This document shows, one piece after another, positions 19,933-30,609 of a stretch of DNA of 64,000 bases. Origin of the DNA: Nitrospirota bacterium (GTDB taxonomy: Bacteria > Nitrospirota > UBA9217); the NCBI GenBank assembly GCA_963754875.1, contig CAVWHO010000011.1:1-64000 (forward strand), written 5' to 3'. Each line of letters starts with the position of its first letter. Within the stretch, counting starts at the first letter, position 1. Made by a program: the position numbers and the translations under genes. Below the pieces are notes generated by a model that was not told the DNA's origin, made no database searches, and saw only the letters and a program-made list of their open reading frames with translations.

Positions 19933-21894
19933 ATGTCTAAATTCCCCCTCACCATCTTTCTTCCGGCAGCGGGCCTCGGCGAACGCCTCAGACCGATCAC
20001 GAACCATCTGCCCAAGCCGCTCCTCCCGATCCTCGGCAAGCCCTTGATCGAGATCATCCTCGAGCGGCTCACGGCAGTCTGCGACGGGAGGATCGGGATC
20101 AACCTGCATTGGAAGCCCGAATTGATCCGGGCATGGGCAACGTCTTCTCCCTGGAAAGACCACATCCACTTCTTTCCCGAAGACCCGATTCTCGGCACCG
20201 GCGGAGCGCTCAAGAACGCCGAGGCGTTCCTGGCAAACGGCCCCTTCATCGTGCATAACGCCGACATCCTTCTGGAGATCGATTTTACGCGATTGATCGA
20301 GACCCATCTGAAGTCCGGGAACATGGCCACGCTCGTAACCCATAGGCATCCGAAGCTCAGCAATGTGGTCGTCGATGACAACGATCTCGTAGTTGACGTG
20401 GAAAATCCAGGGGCCTCCAGGCCCGACCCGGGCAGGATCGCGAAGAAGGTCGCCTATACCGGCATTGCCCTCTACTCGCCGGAGATCCTGAGATTCCTTC
20501 CGCACGGCGTGTCCCACGCGACCGTGGCATGGGTCGATGCTGCAAAAGCGGGGCATCGGGTGCAGGCGCTCGACTTTTCCGGGGCCTACTGGAACGACAT
20601 CGGTACGCCTGCCTCGTACGTCGCCGGGACGTTCGACGCTTTGATGCAGGACGGAGAAACCGTGTATGTTTCTCCGGACAGCCGATGCGGCAAGATTGGA
20701 ATCGACGGCTACGTTGTACTCGAAGCCGACAGCGAGGTCAAGGACAAAGCCCATCTCAGGAACTGTATCGTCTTGCCCGGCGCGCGCGTCGCAGGCAGGC
20801 ACCAAAACAGGATCCTTGGGCCGGACTATGCCGTCGATCTCGAGGAAACAGCAATGCAGCCGTCAGCCCATGCCCGGGAGCGGAAGACAGTATCCCTTGC
20901 AGGCCCTCTCTTCGCCCCCTACTTCGGAATAGCAGGACTGCCGACCGACACTGATGATGACGCAGACGCGGTCCTCATCGGTCTCGGCGGTTCGGACAGG
21001 CGTTACTTCCGCGTGAGCAATGGAAGGAAGACGGCCGTGCTCATGGAATGTAGGCCCGATGACGCGGATTACGAGCGCCACCTCTCGTATACCCGTTTTT
21101 TCGAAGCCCATTCCGTACCGGTGCCGTTCCTCATTGCTTCCGCTGCTCTTGACAAGAGCGCGCTCTTCGAAGACCTGGGCGACACCAGCCTCTACGCCTA
21201 CCTGAAGCTCCCTCATGATAACGACCATATCGAAGACATCTACCGCAGCGTGCTCGATATCCTGATCAAGCTCCATTCCCGCGTCACCGGGCATGTGGAG
21301 GAATGCCCCCTGCTCCACGCTCGAATTTTTGACTATGATTATTTGCGCTGGGAGACAGCTTATTTCCTGGAGCGGTTCGTCGTCGGTTTGCGAAAGGGAT
21401 CGATCAATAATCGAGCGGCAATCGAGGACGAACTTCACCGCCTTGCACAAAAGACGGATGCCTTTCCGAAGGTAGTAATCCACCGCGACTTTCAGTGCCA
21501 GAACATCATGATCACCCGAGGCGGCATCCCTCGCGTCATCGACTTCCAGGGTGCACGTATGGCCCCTGCCGCCTACGACGTCGCTTCCATCCTCTGGGAC
21601 CCCTACTGCCGGCTGGACGACGGCGTACGCACGAGGCTGTTCGATTACTATATGAGTGAAATGAAAAATGCGTCTGGAGAATTCAACGAAAAAATATTCC
21701 TGAACAGTTTGCTGCCATGCCGCCTGCAGCGACACATGCAGGCCCTGGGCGCTTATGGCTTTCTCGCTGGTGTGAAGGGAAAAAAATACTTCCTCAAGCA
21801 TATCCCGGAAGCGCTCAGGCTGCTCAAAGAGGAAACCGCGGCCGCAAAGAACGAGTATCCTGCATTATATGATTTGGTGAGCGGTCTGATGTAA
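19933..21894 (+). CDS. Fused MurU-like nucleotidyltransferase / AmgK-like anomeric sugar kinase
   Basis: N-terminal AAGLGERLRPIT..LPKPL, GTGGAL, WNDIGTP; C-terminal GSDRRYFR, EDLGD, HRDFQCQN, IDFQGA, QRHMQALGAYGFL. Confidence 0.85.
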   Translation: MSKFPLTIFLPAAGLGERLRPITNHLPKPLLPILGKPLIEIILERLTAVCDGRIGINLHWKPELIRAWATSSPWKDHIHFFPEDPILGTGGALKNAEAFLANGPFIVHNADILLEIDFTRLIETHLKSGNMATLVTHRHPKLSNVVVDDNDLVVDVENPGASRPDPGRIAKKVAYTGIALYSPEILRFLPHGVSHATVAWVDAAKAGHRVQALDFSGAYWNDIGTPASYVAGTFDALMQDGETVYVSPDSRCGKIGIDGYVVLEADSEVKDKAHLRNCIVLPGARVAGRHQNRILGPDYAVDLEETAMQPSAHARERKTVSLAGPLFAPYFGIAGLPTDTDDDADAVLIGLGGSDRRYFRVSNGRKTAVLMECRPDDADYERHLSYTRFFEAHSVPVPFLIASAALDKSALFEDLGDTSLYAYLKLPHDNDHIEDIYRSVLDILIKLHSRVTGHVEECPLLHARIFDYDYLRWETAYFLERFVVGLRKGSINNRAAIEDELHRLAQKTDAFPKVVIHRDFQCQNIMITRGGIPRVIDFQGARMAPAAYDVASILWDPYCRLDDGVRTRLFDYYMSEMKNASGEFNEKIFLNSLLPCRLQRHMQALGAYGFLAGVKGKKYFLKHIPEALRLLKEETAAAKNEYPALYDLVSGLM

Positions 21895-21900
21895 CGAAGC

Positions 21901-22137
21901 CTACACAGCACCCTTTGCCTTGAGCGCCTTCTCGATTGCCGCGATCTCCCCGTTAAAAAGCCGGCATTCTTCCTCATACTCGGCGGTCATGTTTTGGGCC
22001 TGTTCGGCGCCGATATGCACGGAGGTCTTCCCGAAGGTAAACGCGTGCATATCTTCAACATCACAGAGATTGTCCTTGAGCCGTTTGAGCTCTGCCTTGA
22101 GTTCATCAATAGTCATATCTTCAATTCTCTTATCCAT
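21901..22137 (-). CDS. Small hypothetical coiled-coil protein
   Basis: Helical 78-aa ORF co-oriented with the upstream nucleotidyltransferase. Confidence 0.6.
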   Translation of the reverse strand: MDKRIEDMTIDELKAELKRLKDNLCDVEDMHAFTFGKTSVHIGAEQAQNMTAEYEEECRLFNGEIAAIEKALKAKGAV

Positions 22138-22188
22138 AAAAAACCTCAAATCTAAATTTTCACCGCGTCTTCTGCGGTAAAACCGAAT

Positions 22189-23607
22189 TTACTTCAAGTT
22201 CTTAAGATAGTCAAGCGCTTCGGTCCGGGTTGTAAGCCTCCCCTCTGCCCTGCGCTCCTTGATCTCTTCCAGTATCTCACGGAACCGCGGCCCCGGCGCG
22301 AGCCCCAGCCTTATCAAATCATCACCAGTCACGAGTGGTGTGGCCTCTGCCTTTAAAAACTTCGTATAGTAATAATCGAGCACAACAGCCATGGACTTTT
22401 CTGTGTCTGTAAATTTTTCCTTCGGCATGATCTCGTAAGTTGCACGGGCATCGGCCTGCGCGAGGACCAGGCCCTCGGGCAGCGCGTCGCCGAGGTCGCG
22501 GCAGTAGCGGTACAACGCGTTCCTGCTCGGTCCGCCGGGGGTGGAGAGGTTGAATAGCCGCATATGCTGTTTGATGACACGGGTGACCACCCTCTCCGTA
22601 TCCCGTGACAGCCTGAAGCGTCTGCACACAAGGGCGGCTTTTCCCGCGCCTAAGTTGTCGTGGCCGTGAAAACGTACTCGACCGTCCGTATTTGTAAACG
22701 TGTCCGGCTTCGCCATATCATGCAGCAGACAGGAAAAACGAAGTGCCGCCTTGCGCGGCAGGAGGTGTTCGATGTTTTCTTCAAGGTGCGCCAGCAGCTC
22801 CGCACCATGCTCCGGCGATATGTTCTGCAGATCGTCGAGAATGCTGTCTACATATCCCGCTGTTTTGATGACATGGGTCAGGACATCGTGGACATGGTAC
22901 ATGCCGGGCGCAAAGCCCCGGAGCGGTTCCAGTTCCGGCAGGATCCGGGAGAGCAACCCTAGCGAATCCAGAAGCTGAAGATATTTCTCCGCGTTCCTCT
23001 CGGCAAGGATAAGAAAAAGCTCGTCTCGAATCCGTTCAGGCGCCGGCTTCGTAATGAGGTTTGAACGACCGCGAATATGTCCTGCAGTTTTCTCTTCAAT
23101 AGTGAACCCAAGGGTCGCAGCAAATCGGACCGCACGCACCAGCCTGAGCGGGTCTTCATCGAGGACCTCTGGCTTCGTTACTCGGATCAGCTTGTTTTTA
23201 ACATCCTCATTGCCGTGGAACAGATCGATCAACCCTTCAAGAGACTTGTTTATGATGAACGCCTGCAGATCGAGGGCCATGGCATTCATGGTGAAGTCCC
23301 TGCGTCCAAGATCGGCATTCAGGTCCGGGCCTTCAAAGTTGGTAAAATCGAACTGAATAATTTCAGTGCCAGCTTGTTTTACGACGCGGGTGATCTTCCG
23401 CGCTTCATCGAGGAAGAAAAAACTGCCGTTGATCATGTCGGCAAACCGACGTGCAACGGCTTCAGAACCCGAGGGCATCAGGACATCGATGTCCTTGATG
23501 CCCTGATTGCCGAGCAGCAGGTCGCGGATTGAGCCGCCGACGAGATAGATTTTTTGGGATGTGAGAGAAAGAAGTTGCGAGAGGTATATCAGCGCCGGAA
23601 ATTGCAT
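22189..23607 (-). CDS. CCA-adding/poly(A) polymerase family nucleotidyltransferase with HD domain
   Basis: LVGGSIRD, DID, RRDFTMNA, EDPLRLVRAVRF, ERIRDEL, LLHD, FHGHD. Confidence 0.9.
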   Translation of the reverse strand: MQFPALIYLSQLLSLTSQKIYLVGGSIRDLLLGNQGIKDIDVLMPSGSEAVARRFADMINGSFFFLDEARKITRVVKQAGTEIIQFDFTNFEGPDLNADLGRRDFTMNAMALDLQAFIINKSLEGLIDLFHGNEDVKNKLIRVTKPEVLDEDPLRLVRAVRFAATLGFTIEEKTAGHIRGRSNLITKPAPERIRDELFLILAERNAEKYLQLLDSLGLLSRILPELEPLRGFAPGMYHVHDVLTHVIKTAGYVDSILDDLQNISPEHGAELLAHLEENIEHLLPRKAALRFSCLLHDMAKPDTFTNTDGRVRFHGHDNLGAGKAALVCRRFRLSRDTERVVTRVIKQHMRLFNLSTPGGPSRNALYRYCRDLGDALPEGLVLAQADARATYEIMPKEKFTDTEKSMAVVLDYYYTKFLKAEATPLVTGDDLIRLGLAPGPRFREILEEIKERRAEGRLTTRTEALDYLKNLK

Positions 23608-23960
23608 GATGCTAGTAATTATACCCGATTTCAACGGCCCGTTCGAGATCCTATAAAAAGATCGGGGCATCCGACGAGCGTACCCGAAAATTGACTGCAC
23701 ATCGTCTTCCCCTCGGCTTCAGAAGAGAGCGTGTGAATACTTCACGTTGAAACGAAACTCTCGACATAAATATTAAGTGCATCCATTCTGCACTTTTTTC
23801 AAGGCGTCGTATATGAGCAATGGTGTTGCTTAAATGGCCTCAACCCCGACGGGGGCAGTGGAAAGATTGGAATAAAACTGGACAGGCTTCTTCTCTTGTG
23901 CCTTCATGAGGTTCTGACCTGATCCAAAAAAGTTCGCGATGCCACGGCACTCTACACCAT

Positions 23961-24845
23961 TTATCGTACTTGATTTCCCCGCTCCCGCACCTCGATACGC
24001 TTCCCCTTCGCATACCCGCTCGCCATGTAATCCGTGGTATGCATGATCGTGAAACGACCTTTCTGGTTCAGAGCGATAAGGCCGGCCTGACCGTTCATGC
24101 GAAGAAGAGCCTTCAGCGCCATGCGCGCTGCTGCAGCAGGCGTTCCGCCCTCCATCAAGAGGGAAATCTCTTTCGCGAGCGTCCTCCGCAGGATGTGTTC
24201 CCCCGATCCCGTGCAGGAAACGGCAGCAGTCCCGTTCTCTGCATAGGTCCCGGCGCCGATGATCGGCGAGTCCCCTATCCGTCCGGGAAGCATTGCGTAG
24301 GTTCCGCCGGTGGATGTTCCCGCTGCGAGGTTCCCGTCTGCATCCAGCGCAACAGCGCCAACGGTCGAAAAGTATCTCCGGTAGAGACGGACGACCTCTT
24401 GCTCCCGCTGGAGGAGCTTCTTCACTCTTTCCCGCGATCCCTTTGACGGCTTGGGAAGCCGAGCGAGACCGTTTGCGATCCTGCCTGCACCGATATTCGT
24501 CATGAGGACATGCGGTGTATCCATCACTCGTCTCGCCGCCTGGATGGGATTGCGGAAACCTTCGAGTCCGGCAACTGCACCGGCTTTCAGTTCTTTTCCT
24601 TCCATGAGCGAAGCATCGAGCCGCTGCACGCCGTCGAGCTGCAGCACTCCGCCAAGGCCCGCGTTGAACATGCCCGAGTTCTCCATGATGGTTACAGCCG
24701 CGGCTACGGCATCAAGACTCGGTCCTCCCTTCAGGAGGATCGCGTAGCCTCCTGCAAGGGAGTCTGCAAGGACGTCGAGAGACTTTTTCCTGGGCGGCCT
24801 GTATCCCGCGCCCCCGTGTACAAGGATTACGGGATTTGCTTTCAT
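23961..24845 (-). CDS. iaaA: Isoaspartyl peptidase/L-asparaginase (Ntn hydrolase)
   Basis: VHGGAG, FNAG, TVGAVA, TSTGG, GRIGDSP, CTGSGE. Confidence 0.9.
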   Translation of the reverse strand: MKANPVILVHGGAGYRPPRKKSLDVLADSLAGGYAILLKGGPSLDAVAAAVTIMENSGMFNAGLGGVLQLDGVQRLDASLMEGKELKAGAVAGLEGFRNPIQAARRVMDTPHVLMTNIGAGRIANGLARLPKPSKGSRERVKKLLQREQEVVRLYRRYFSTVGAVALDADGNLAAGTSTGGTYAMLPGRIGDSPIIGAGTYAENGTAAVSCTGSGEHILRRTLAKEISLLMEGGTPAAAARMALKALLRMNGQAGLIALNQKGRFTIMHTTDYMASGYAKGKRIEVRERGNQVR

Positions 24846-25175
24846 GACGTGAGCCTACAATAACGATGGCGAAAAGGCAAGAAATGTTCTTGGTGGGTAC
24901 TCGTGTGTTTGAGTGGAGCCCCTCCGGCTCCTGCAGGAAGGGGCTCCACCGACGATTGTGACAAAAGGATTACGAAAATATTTATTGTGCAAGGGTTCCC
25001 TGTCAGATTATATTGGGAACGCTGCTTATCCATGTGATGGGTGATTGTGATGTGAAGCACAGTTTGGGATTCCGGCATCCGGTATAATAAGTCGGAGGCG
25101 GGCAGTTTGTTCACTGTTGCCTGATAGAGGTGCTTCATTTTTCTAGGGAGAATTCTGAGGAGGGATTGCGAAACC

Positions 25176-25697
25176 ATGATAACCAGAAGGAATTTCTTAA
25201 TAACTATGGCACTTATTACTCTTTCCGGTTACAGCGGGACTGTTTTCGGGCTTGAGGAAAAGGAAAGAGTACTTGATCTGTATAACATCCATACCGGCGA
25301 ACGACTCAATGTTAAATATTATTCTTCCGGCACCTACGATCGTGACGCCATGAACGAGATCAACTATCTCATGCGGTGTCATTATACCAATGAGGTAAAA
25401 CCCATCGATGCGAAAGTTATCGACCTTCTGTGCAATATCAAGGACAACATCGGCAAAGACAGGGAGGTACACATCATATCCGGATACCGCTCGCACGAGT
25501 ATAATGAACATCTGAGGCGGATTAGCCGGGGAGTGGCATGCAACAGTCTTCATCTTCAGGGCCGTGCAATTGATTTCCGCATCCCTCGTATCGATAACCG
25601 AAAGCTTACTTCCCTTGCGAAATCCTTTTATACGGGAGGTGTAGGAAGGTATCCGGACTTCGTCCATATCGATGACGGACGTGTGCGCTATTGGTGA
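25176..25697 (+). CDS. YcbK/MepK-family peptidase M15 (DUF882) with Tat signal
   Basis: TRRNFL, NIHTGE, SGYRS, SLHLQGRAID, FVHIDDG. Confidence 0.9.
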   Translation: MITRRNFLITMALITLSGYSGTVFGLEEKERVLDLYNIHTGERLNVKYYSSGTYDRDAMNEINYLMRCHYTNEVKPIDAKVIDLLCNIKDNIGKDREVHIISGYRSHEYNEHLRRISRGVACNSLHLQGRAIDFRIPRIDNRKLTSLAKSFYTGGVGRYPDFVHIDDGRVRYW

Positions 25698-25709
25698 TGT
25701 TTTCAATCT

Positions 25710-26588
25710 TTATTGAACGGGTCTTTGGACCGTTACACCCTGCCTGAAATGAGACCCAAACCCTGAAGCTTGCCCAACAATCAGGACTCTAGGACCATCT
25801 TCGAGCTCATGTAACCCATTGCCGTTAACAGGCGTTGGTATGGCCCATTCATATAGTTTCTTCGCGTCTTCCAGGACGGGTTTATCCGGATATTTGTAAT
25901 ATGAGTGCTGCATATCCTCGTCGTACAGTCCTATACAGCCGTGCGATGCAGGATAGCCAGGTAAATCACGGCCGTGAATCCAATAGGATACCCCGTCTCC
26001 ATCTATGTAAAACCGGAGTCCATAGTTTATAGGGTAATATTCGGTCGTGCGCTCCATCTGATATAAGGACGATTTATGTATTTTACTGTATGCGGTGATC
26101 GTGAATTCACCTACGGGCGTCGAATTATTTTTTGTTCCTCCTGCGATAGGTCCTGAGAACATCAATGCCCCGTACTCATAAGCACCAAAGAACTCTTCCG
26201 ACAGGTCAACGAGGATGAATTTAGCGTCCGCCTCGGCCGGGTAATAATGACGAGGCATCGGTGTATAGTTCCGGATATCGTTCAGCTGCTTGGGAATCTT
26301 CAGGTATGCACCTGGATATGCGTGACGTCTGTCGATTCTGTTGAAACGGGCAACATCTTCCCACTGCTCCCCAAACACGTTTTCAAGAGTTTCTCCCTTT
26401 TCTATGCGTCTGCAAACCCAATCTATAGTTGTCTGGCTTTGGTACTTAAGGTTGCAGAGCGAAGAGATTACCTTTGCATTGCCACTATCCGTTGCGCTTA
26501 TTGAAAACAGCAGCGACAGGGCGGCGGCTAATAAAAACGGAAAAACTCGTAATCTCGATTTAAACATTCTGCCCTTCCTCAAATGCAT
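25710..26588 (-). CDS. L,D-transpeptidase (YkuD domain) with LysM-like N-terminal region
   Basis: ILVDLSEE, TPVGEF, WIHG...PASHGCI catalytic motif. Confidence 0.85.
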   Translation of the reverse strand: MHLRKGRMFKSRLRVFPFLLAAALSLLFSISATDSGNAKVISSLCNLKYQSQTTIDWVCRRIEKGETLENVFGEQWEDVARFNRIDRRHAYPGAYLKIPKQLNDIRNYTPMPRHYYPAEADAKFILVDLSEEFFGAYEYGALMFSGPIAGGTKNNSTPVGEFTITAYSKIHKSSLYQMERTTEYYPINYGLRFYIDGDGVSYWIHGRDLPGYPASHGCIGLYDEDMQHSYYKYPDKPVLEDAKKLYEWAIPTPVNGNGLHELEDGPRVLIVGQASGFGSHFRQGVTVQRPVQ

Positions 26589-27080
26589 CCTAAAGTATTT
26601 GAAATTGGGGTTTGTCGTTTATTACGCAATCTCAACCACGACCCTCCTAAAACAATTTTAGCAGTATTTTATACAGATGCCAGGTGCCCAATCTTTTTTT
26701 CACGTCGATTCATCCTGATCAAGCCCACCTGATCGGCCTTTTCGTCATTAGCTCTCTAATCCGCGATCGACTACTCGTCAAAAAAATCATGACGGGAAAG
26801 TACGCAACGATCCCCTATGTTGGCGAGGAGGGAACAAAGGAGGATCAAGAGGCATCGCGTATGAACCCAAACGATGCTGGCGCTATTTTTCTTCTTGCTG
26901 GGGATATTGAGACAAGCGGATATCATGAGAGCAGGCTACTAAGAAAGATGAAAAAGTAATTTCCATTGAACCTGGCCATGCCGAGACTTACTGAAATATG
27001 TACTTGAGCGAGCGGAACAGGGATCTTATAGCAAGGAAGCAGCGCGCTACGGGGACGAACTTATTGCAGACACTGCATTA

Positions 27081-27596
27081 TCAATACAGCAACGCCCCGG
27101 CGATTCCAGCCCCAAGTATTATCAAAGTAGGATCAGCTTTCGTAAATGCAATTATAGTAAAAGCGCCGAATGCAATTGTTCCTGTCGGGATGTCAACAAG
27201 AGAAGTCTTCCCCAGGGTTATAGCAACGGCGGCAAGAAGGCCTATTACGGTAGGCCTTATGCCCTTAAAGCTCGCGTTGACAATCCGTGAGTTTTTAAAC
27301 TGCAAGTAATAATGGCTGACAATCGTTACAATAACGATCGATGGCAAATAAGTGAAGATGACCGCTCCAAGAGCACCCCACAATCCGAAGATTTTATAAC
27401 CGATAAATACGTTCATGATGGTCAGCGGTCCCGGCGTAACCTGACCGACAGCCACGCTGTCGATGAATTCCTTATTGGTGAGCCAGTGATAGTGGTCAAC
27501 GACCTCGAGTTGAAGGAGCGGCAGCATGACGAAGCCGCCGCCGATGGTAAAAAGATTGATATAAAAAAGCGTCCAACAAAATTTCAGGATTTCCAT
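27081..27596 (-). CDS. Short-chain chromate transporter (CHR) subunit
   Basis: FTIGGG, GQVTPGP, hydrophobic. Confidence 0.88.
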   Translation of the reverse strand: MEILKFCWTLFYINLFTIGGGFVMLPLLQLEVVDHYHWLTNKEFIDSVAVGQVTPGPLTIMNVFIGYKIFGLWGALGAVIFTYLPSIVIVTIVSHYYLQFKNSRIVNASFKGIRPTVIGLLAAVAITLGKTSLVDIPTGTIAFGAFTIIAFTKADPTLIILGAGIAGALLY

Positions 27597-28153
27597 TTAG
27601 CACTCCTTTCGTACAGGAGGACGCCTGCAATGGCCGCGGCGATGATCAAGAATATAGGATTGATTTTGAACACCGCAAGGCATACCAATGCCAGTACGGC
27701 AAACGTGATGCTTTTATAATCCTTCAAGATTTTTCTGCCCATGTTGTAGACAACAGACGCAATAAGCCCAACAACAGCCGCTCCGACTCCTTTTAGTATG
27801 GCCTTTAAAAGCGCAATCTCCTTATACTTGATATAAATGTATGCGATAATCAGCACCAGGATGAAGGAAGGAAAAATCTGTCCGAAAACCGTAGCAAGCG
27901 CTCCCCTCAATTTCTTGAGGGTATATCCTATGAAGATGCCCGTATTGACGATGGGCGCGCCCGGTGTAAGCTGGCCAATGACGACGCTCTCGGCGAATTC
28001 ATCATGACTGAGCCACTTCCTTTTCTGCACGAGTTCCCGTTCAAAAAAGGCGAGCATGGAATACATGCCACCTAAAGCAAAGGAGCCGATTTTGAGAAAG
28101 ACGAGAAATATCTTTTTTATTGTTACATCAGCTCTAGAGAAGGCTTCCTGCAT
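27584..28153 (-). CDS. Short-chain chromate transporter (CHR) subunit
   Basis: FLKIGSFALGG, GQLTPGAP; paired with the adjacent CHR gene. Confidence 0.88.
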   Translation of the reverse strand: MQEAFSRADVTIKKIFLVFLKIGSFALGGMYSMLAFFERELVQKRKWLSHDEFAESVVIGQLTPGAPIVNTGIFIGYTLKKLRGALATVFGQIFPSFILVLIIAYIYIKYKEIALLKAILKGVGAAVVGLIASVVYNMGRKILKDYKSITFAVLALVCLAVFKINPIFLIIAAAIAGVLLYERSAKWKS

Positions 28154-28656
28154 AATCACCTCACGTCATAGCTTTCTTTCAACAGGGAACTCGTTTTCGT
28201 CTTTTAAATGGTACCACAAATCTGCCTGTATCAGGCTGGTGAATTGTCCCCTCGCCGCTGCTGTTCCCCGTGGACACCGATACCGCCGTTTTCAAGCTCG
28301 TTCCGGATCACTTCAATGATAGCAATCCACAATCAGGATCCCCCGGGAACTTCACTCATAATATTTGTTTCAGGCTCATTTTCCGTCATGAGAAGGGGCA
28401 AGGATCTGCGTCAAAGGACAACGGCTGCAGGCCGCGGCAATTGCGGTCTTGCCGGCGAACCCGCGCGGGCACGTGTTCTGAACCAGGAGTGAGCAGGCAA
28501 GGAGAAATATGATTATCTGTGTTTTTAGCATGAGGCATGAGTACAAAAACTATATTCTCCACTTGTACCAATGTCAACCCTGAGAAACTGGGGGATCAAT
28601 AACATTGACCAATATCATCCGAATCCGCTTCTTTCATATTCGTGTCCCTTGTTCTT

Positions 28657-29349
28657 TCACGACTGCGGCTGACGATCGAGTCGGCCATCCTTCAAGTGGT
28701 AAACACGGTCAAACCCCTCGATCATCCGTACATCATGCGTCACCACGATGACCGCCGACTGATTCTCCCTGGCGATCTTCTTCAACAATTCCATTACCCT
28801 CTTTCCCCTGCCGGTGTCGAGGGAGGCCGTCGGCTCGTCGGCGAGGATCAGTTTCGCTTTGTTAGACAGCGCGCGCGCGATGGCAACGCGCTGTTGTTCA
28901 CCGCCGGAAAGACGCGCGGGCAGATAATCGGCCCGGTCCGCAATCTCCATGTATTCCAGCAGCTCCGTCACCCGTCGGTCTGCTTCTTCTTTTTTCATGT
29001 CCACCAAGCTCAGGGGGAAAAACACGTTCTGCCGGGCGCTCAGGAAGGGAATGAGGTTGTGAGACTGGAAGATAAAGCCTATTTTTTCACGGCGCAGCCG
29101 GCGGATGTCCGAAGCATGCCCCCCATTCTTGAGGAATATATCATTGCCGTCAAAAACGATCCTGCCGCCCGTCGGATCCAGGATCAGACTGATGCAAAGA
29201 AGGAGGGTGGTCTTACCGGACCCGCTCGGACCCAGAAGCGCCACAAGCTCGCCCTGCGATACAGACAGACTGATGTCTTCGAGCGCTCTGACCTCCAGAT
29301 GTCCGGACCCAAAAATCTTGGACAGTCCTTCGACGTTGAGAATCTCCAC
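28657..29349 (-). CDS. ABC transporter ATP-binding protein (LolD/MacB-like)
   Basis: [35 protein letters not shown]. Confidence 0.95.
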   Translation of the reverse strand: MEILNVEGLSKIFGSGHLEVRALEDISLSVSQGELVALLGPSGSGKTTLLLCISLILDPTGGRIVFDGNDIFLKNGGHASDIRRLRREKIGFIFQSHNLIPFLSARQNVFFPLSLVDMKKEEADRRVTELLEYMEIADRADYLPARLSGGEQQRVAIARALSNKAKLILADEPTASLDTGRGKRVMELLKKIARENQSAVIVVTHDVRMIEGFDRVYHLKDGRLDRQPQS

Positions 29350-30548
29350 TAATCGCCTCCCAGAGCCATGGCGGGTTCGGTCTTCAGCGCATGCATGAGC
29401 CCCAAGGTGCTGGCAAGAATCCCTCCCACGAAAGCCACGATGAACGTGAGAAGATCGTCGCCCGGCACTCTCATGATGGTCCTTGGGAACATTTGGTAGG
29501 TGTTCTGGATCAGGATCAGAGCGAACAAGAAAGCGCTCACGGTCAGAAGGAGCGATTGTTCCATGATCATGCGGACGATCACTGAATTCGGCGCGCCGAT
29601 AAGTTTCATTACCGCAATGCTGCGGATTTTTTCCATGGTAAAGGTATAGACCACCAGGGAGACTATGACTACAGAGATGATCAGAAGCAAGGTTCTGAAG
29701 AGCAGGAGCTGCTTGGACATACTGGCGAGCCGGCCCTTCAACATCAACTCAATCTCATCCTGCGTGGTAAATGCGGAGAGGTACTGCCATTGCTCGATCC
29801 GGTGCCCTATATCGGCACGATCTGTCCCGGGTTTTAATCGGACCAGAATAGCATTGATAATGTGAGTGTCGGGCCGCAAGGTCGTAAGCAATTTTTCGGC
29901 CTGGCCTGGAGATAAGTAGCTCTGCCCGGTAAGGGCCCTGAGTGACCTTTCCTGCTGGTTGCGCACCTCTTCGTTGTCTCTCTGATAAAGCACTTCCTGG
30001 GCGTCAGGCAGGGAGAGATACACCAATGCTTCTCCATCCGAAGAAACGGCCTCCTTCGTCATGCCTACTACCGTATAGGTATGCAGGCCCAAAGAGATCC
30101 TGTCTCCGATATGCGCTCCCAGCTTGACGTGAGCGACCATCTCGTAATGGGCCTGCTGGATGCCTCTGCCGGCAAAAATCTTCTGCGGACCTCCGAGCCC
30201 GTCGAAGACATCATATCCGACTATGCTGAAATGCCGGCTTTTCCCCTCTATCGGCCTTTCTACAGTATAGTAGATAAAAGGACTGGCCTTCTCCACGCCA
30301 GGAATAGCCTTGATACTGTAATGGTAAAATTCCGGAAGGGTGGACTGTTCATTAAAGGGCCCGCCCCGGTATCGTTCCACGACCCACAGATCGGGATTGG
30401 TCGCATTGATCAGGGCCAGGCCTTCGAAGATGTTTCCCCGATAGAGACCGTTCATGGCTAAGACGATAGTAAACAGCAGGCCCACACCCACGATAGTGAC
30501 AATGAACCGCACCCTATGGAGCTTCAGGTCATGTACCGCTAAATCCAT
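29349..30548 (-). CDS. ABC transporter permease (MacB/FtsX family)
   Basis: One TM, large periplasmic domain, EKIRSIAVMKLIGA, three C-terminal TMs. Confidence 0.9.
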   Translation of the reverse strand: MDLAVHDLKLHRVRFIVTIVGVGLLFTIVLAMNGLYRGNIFEGLALINATNPDLWVVERYRGGPFNEQSTLPEFYHYSIKAIPGVEKASPFIYYTVERPIEGKSRHFSIVGYDVFDGLGGPQKIFAGRGIQQAHYEMVAHVKLGAHIGDRISLGLHTYTVVGMTKEAVSSDGEALVYLSLPDAQEVLYQRDNEEVRNQQERSLRALTGQSYLSPGQAEKLLTTLRPDTHIINAILVRLKPGTDRADIGHRIEQWQYLSAFTTQDEIELMLKGRLASMSKQLLLFRTLLLIISVVIVSLVVYTFTMEKIRSIAVMKLIGAPNSVIVRMIMEQSLLLTVSAFLFALILIQNTYQMFPRTIMRVPGDDLLTFIVAFVGGILASTLGLMHALKTEPAMALGGD

Positions 30549-30609
30549 AATCCCTCTCGATGCCCGGCTTCGATGCCGTGATCCGTATGGAATTCATTAT
30601 CCGCCGGCA

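Noticed and set aside
19905..22184. CTCTGCGGTAAAA near 19914 and TTTTCACCGCGTCTTCTGCGGTAAAA near 22157 as further repeat-element remnants
   Set aside because: Too short and degenerate to support; the second may simply be a small intergenic hairpin
24939..24950. GGGGCTCCACC as a tRNA 3' end or att site
   Set aside because: No cloverleaf or T-arm upstream and no CCA end; it is one arm of a local hairpin
26684..27080. Short ORFs between the L,D-transpeptidase and CHR genes (also 28208-28577, 36227-36499, 38470-38667)
   Set aside because: No recognisable motifs or convincing RBS; may be decayed fragments but cannot be supported
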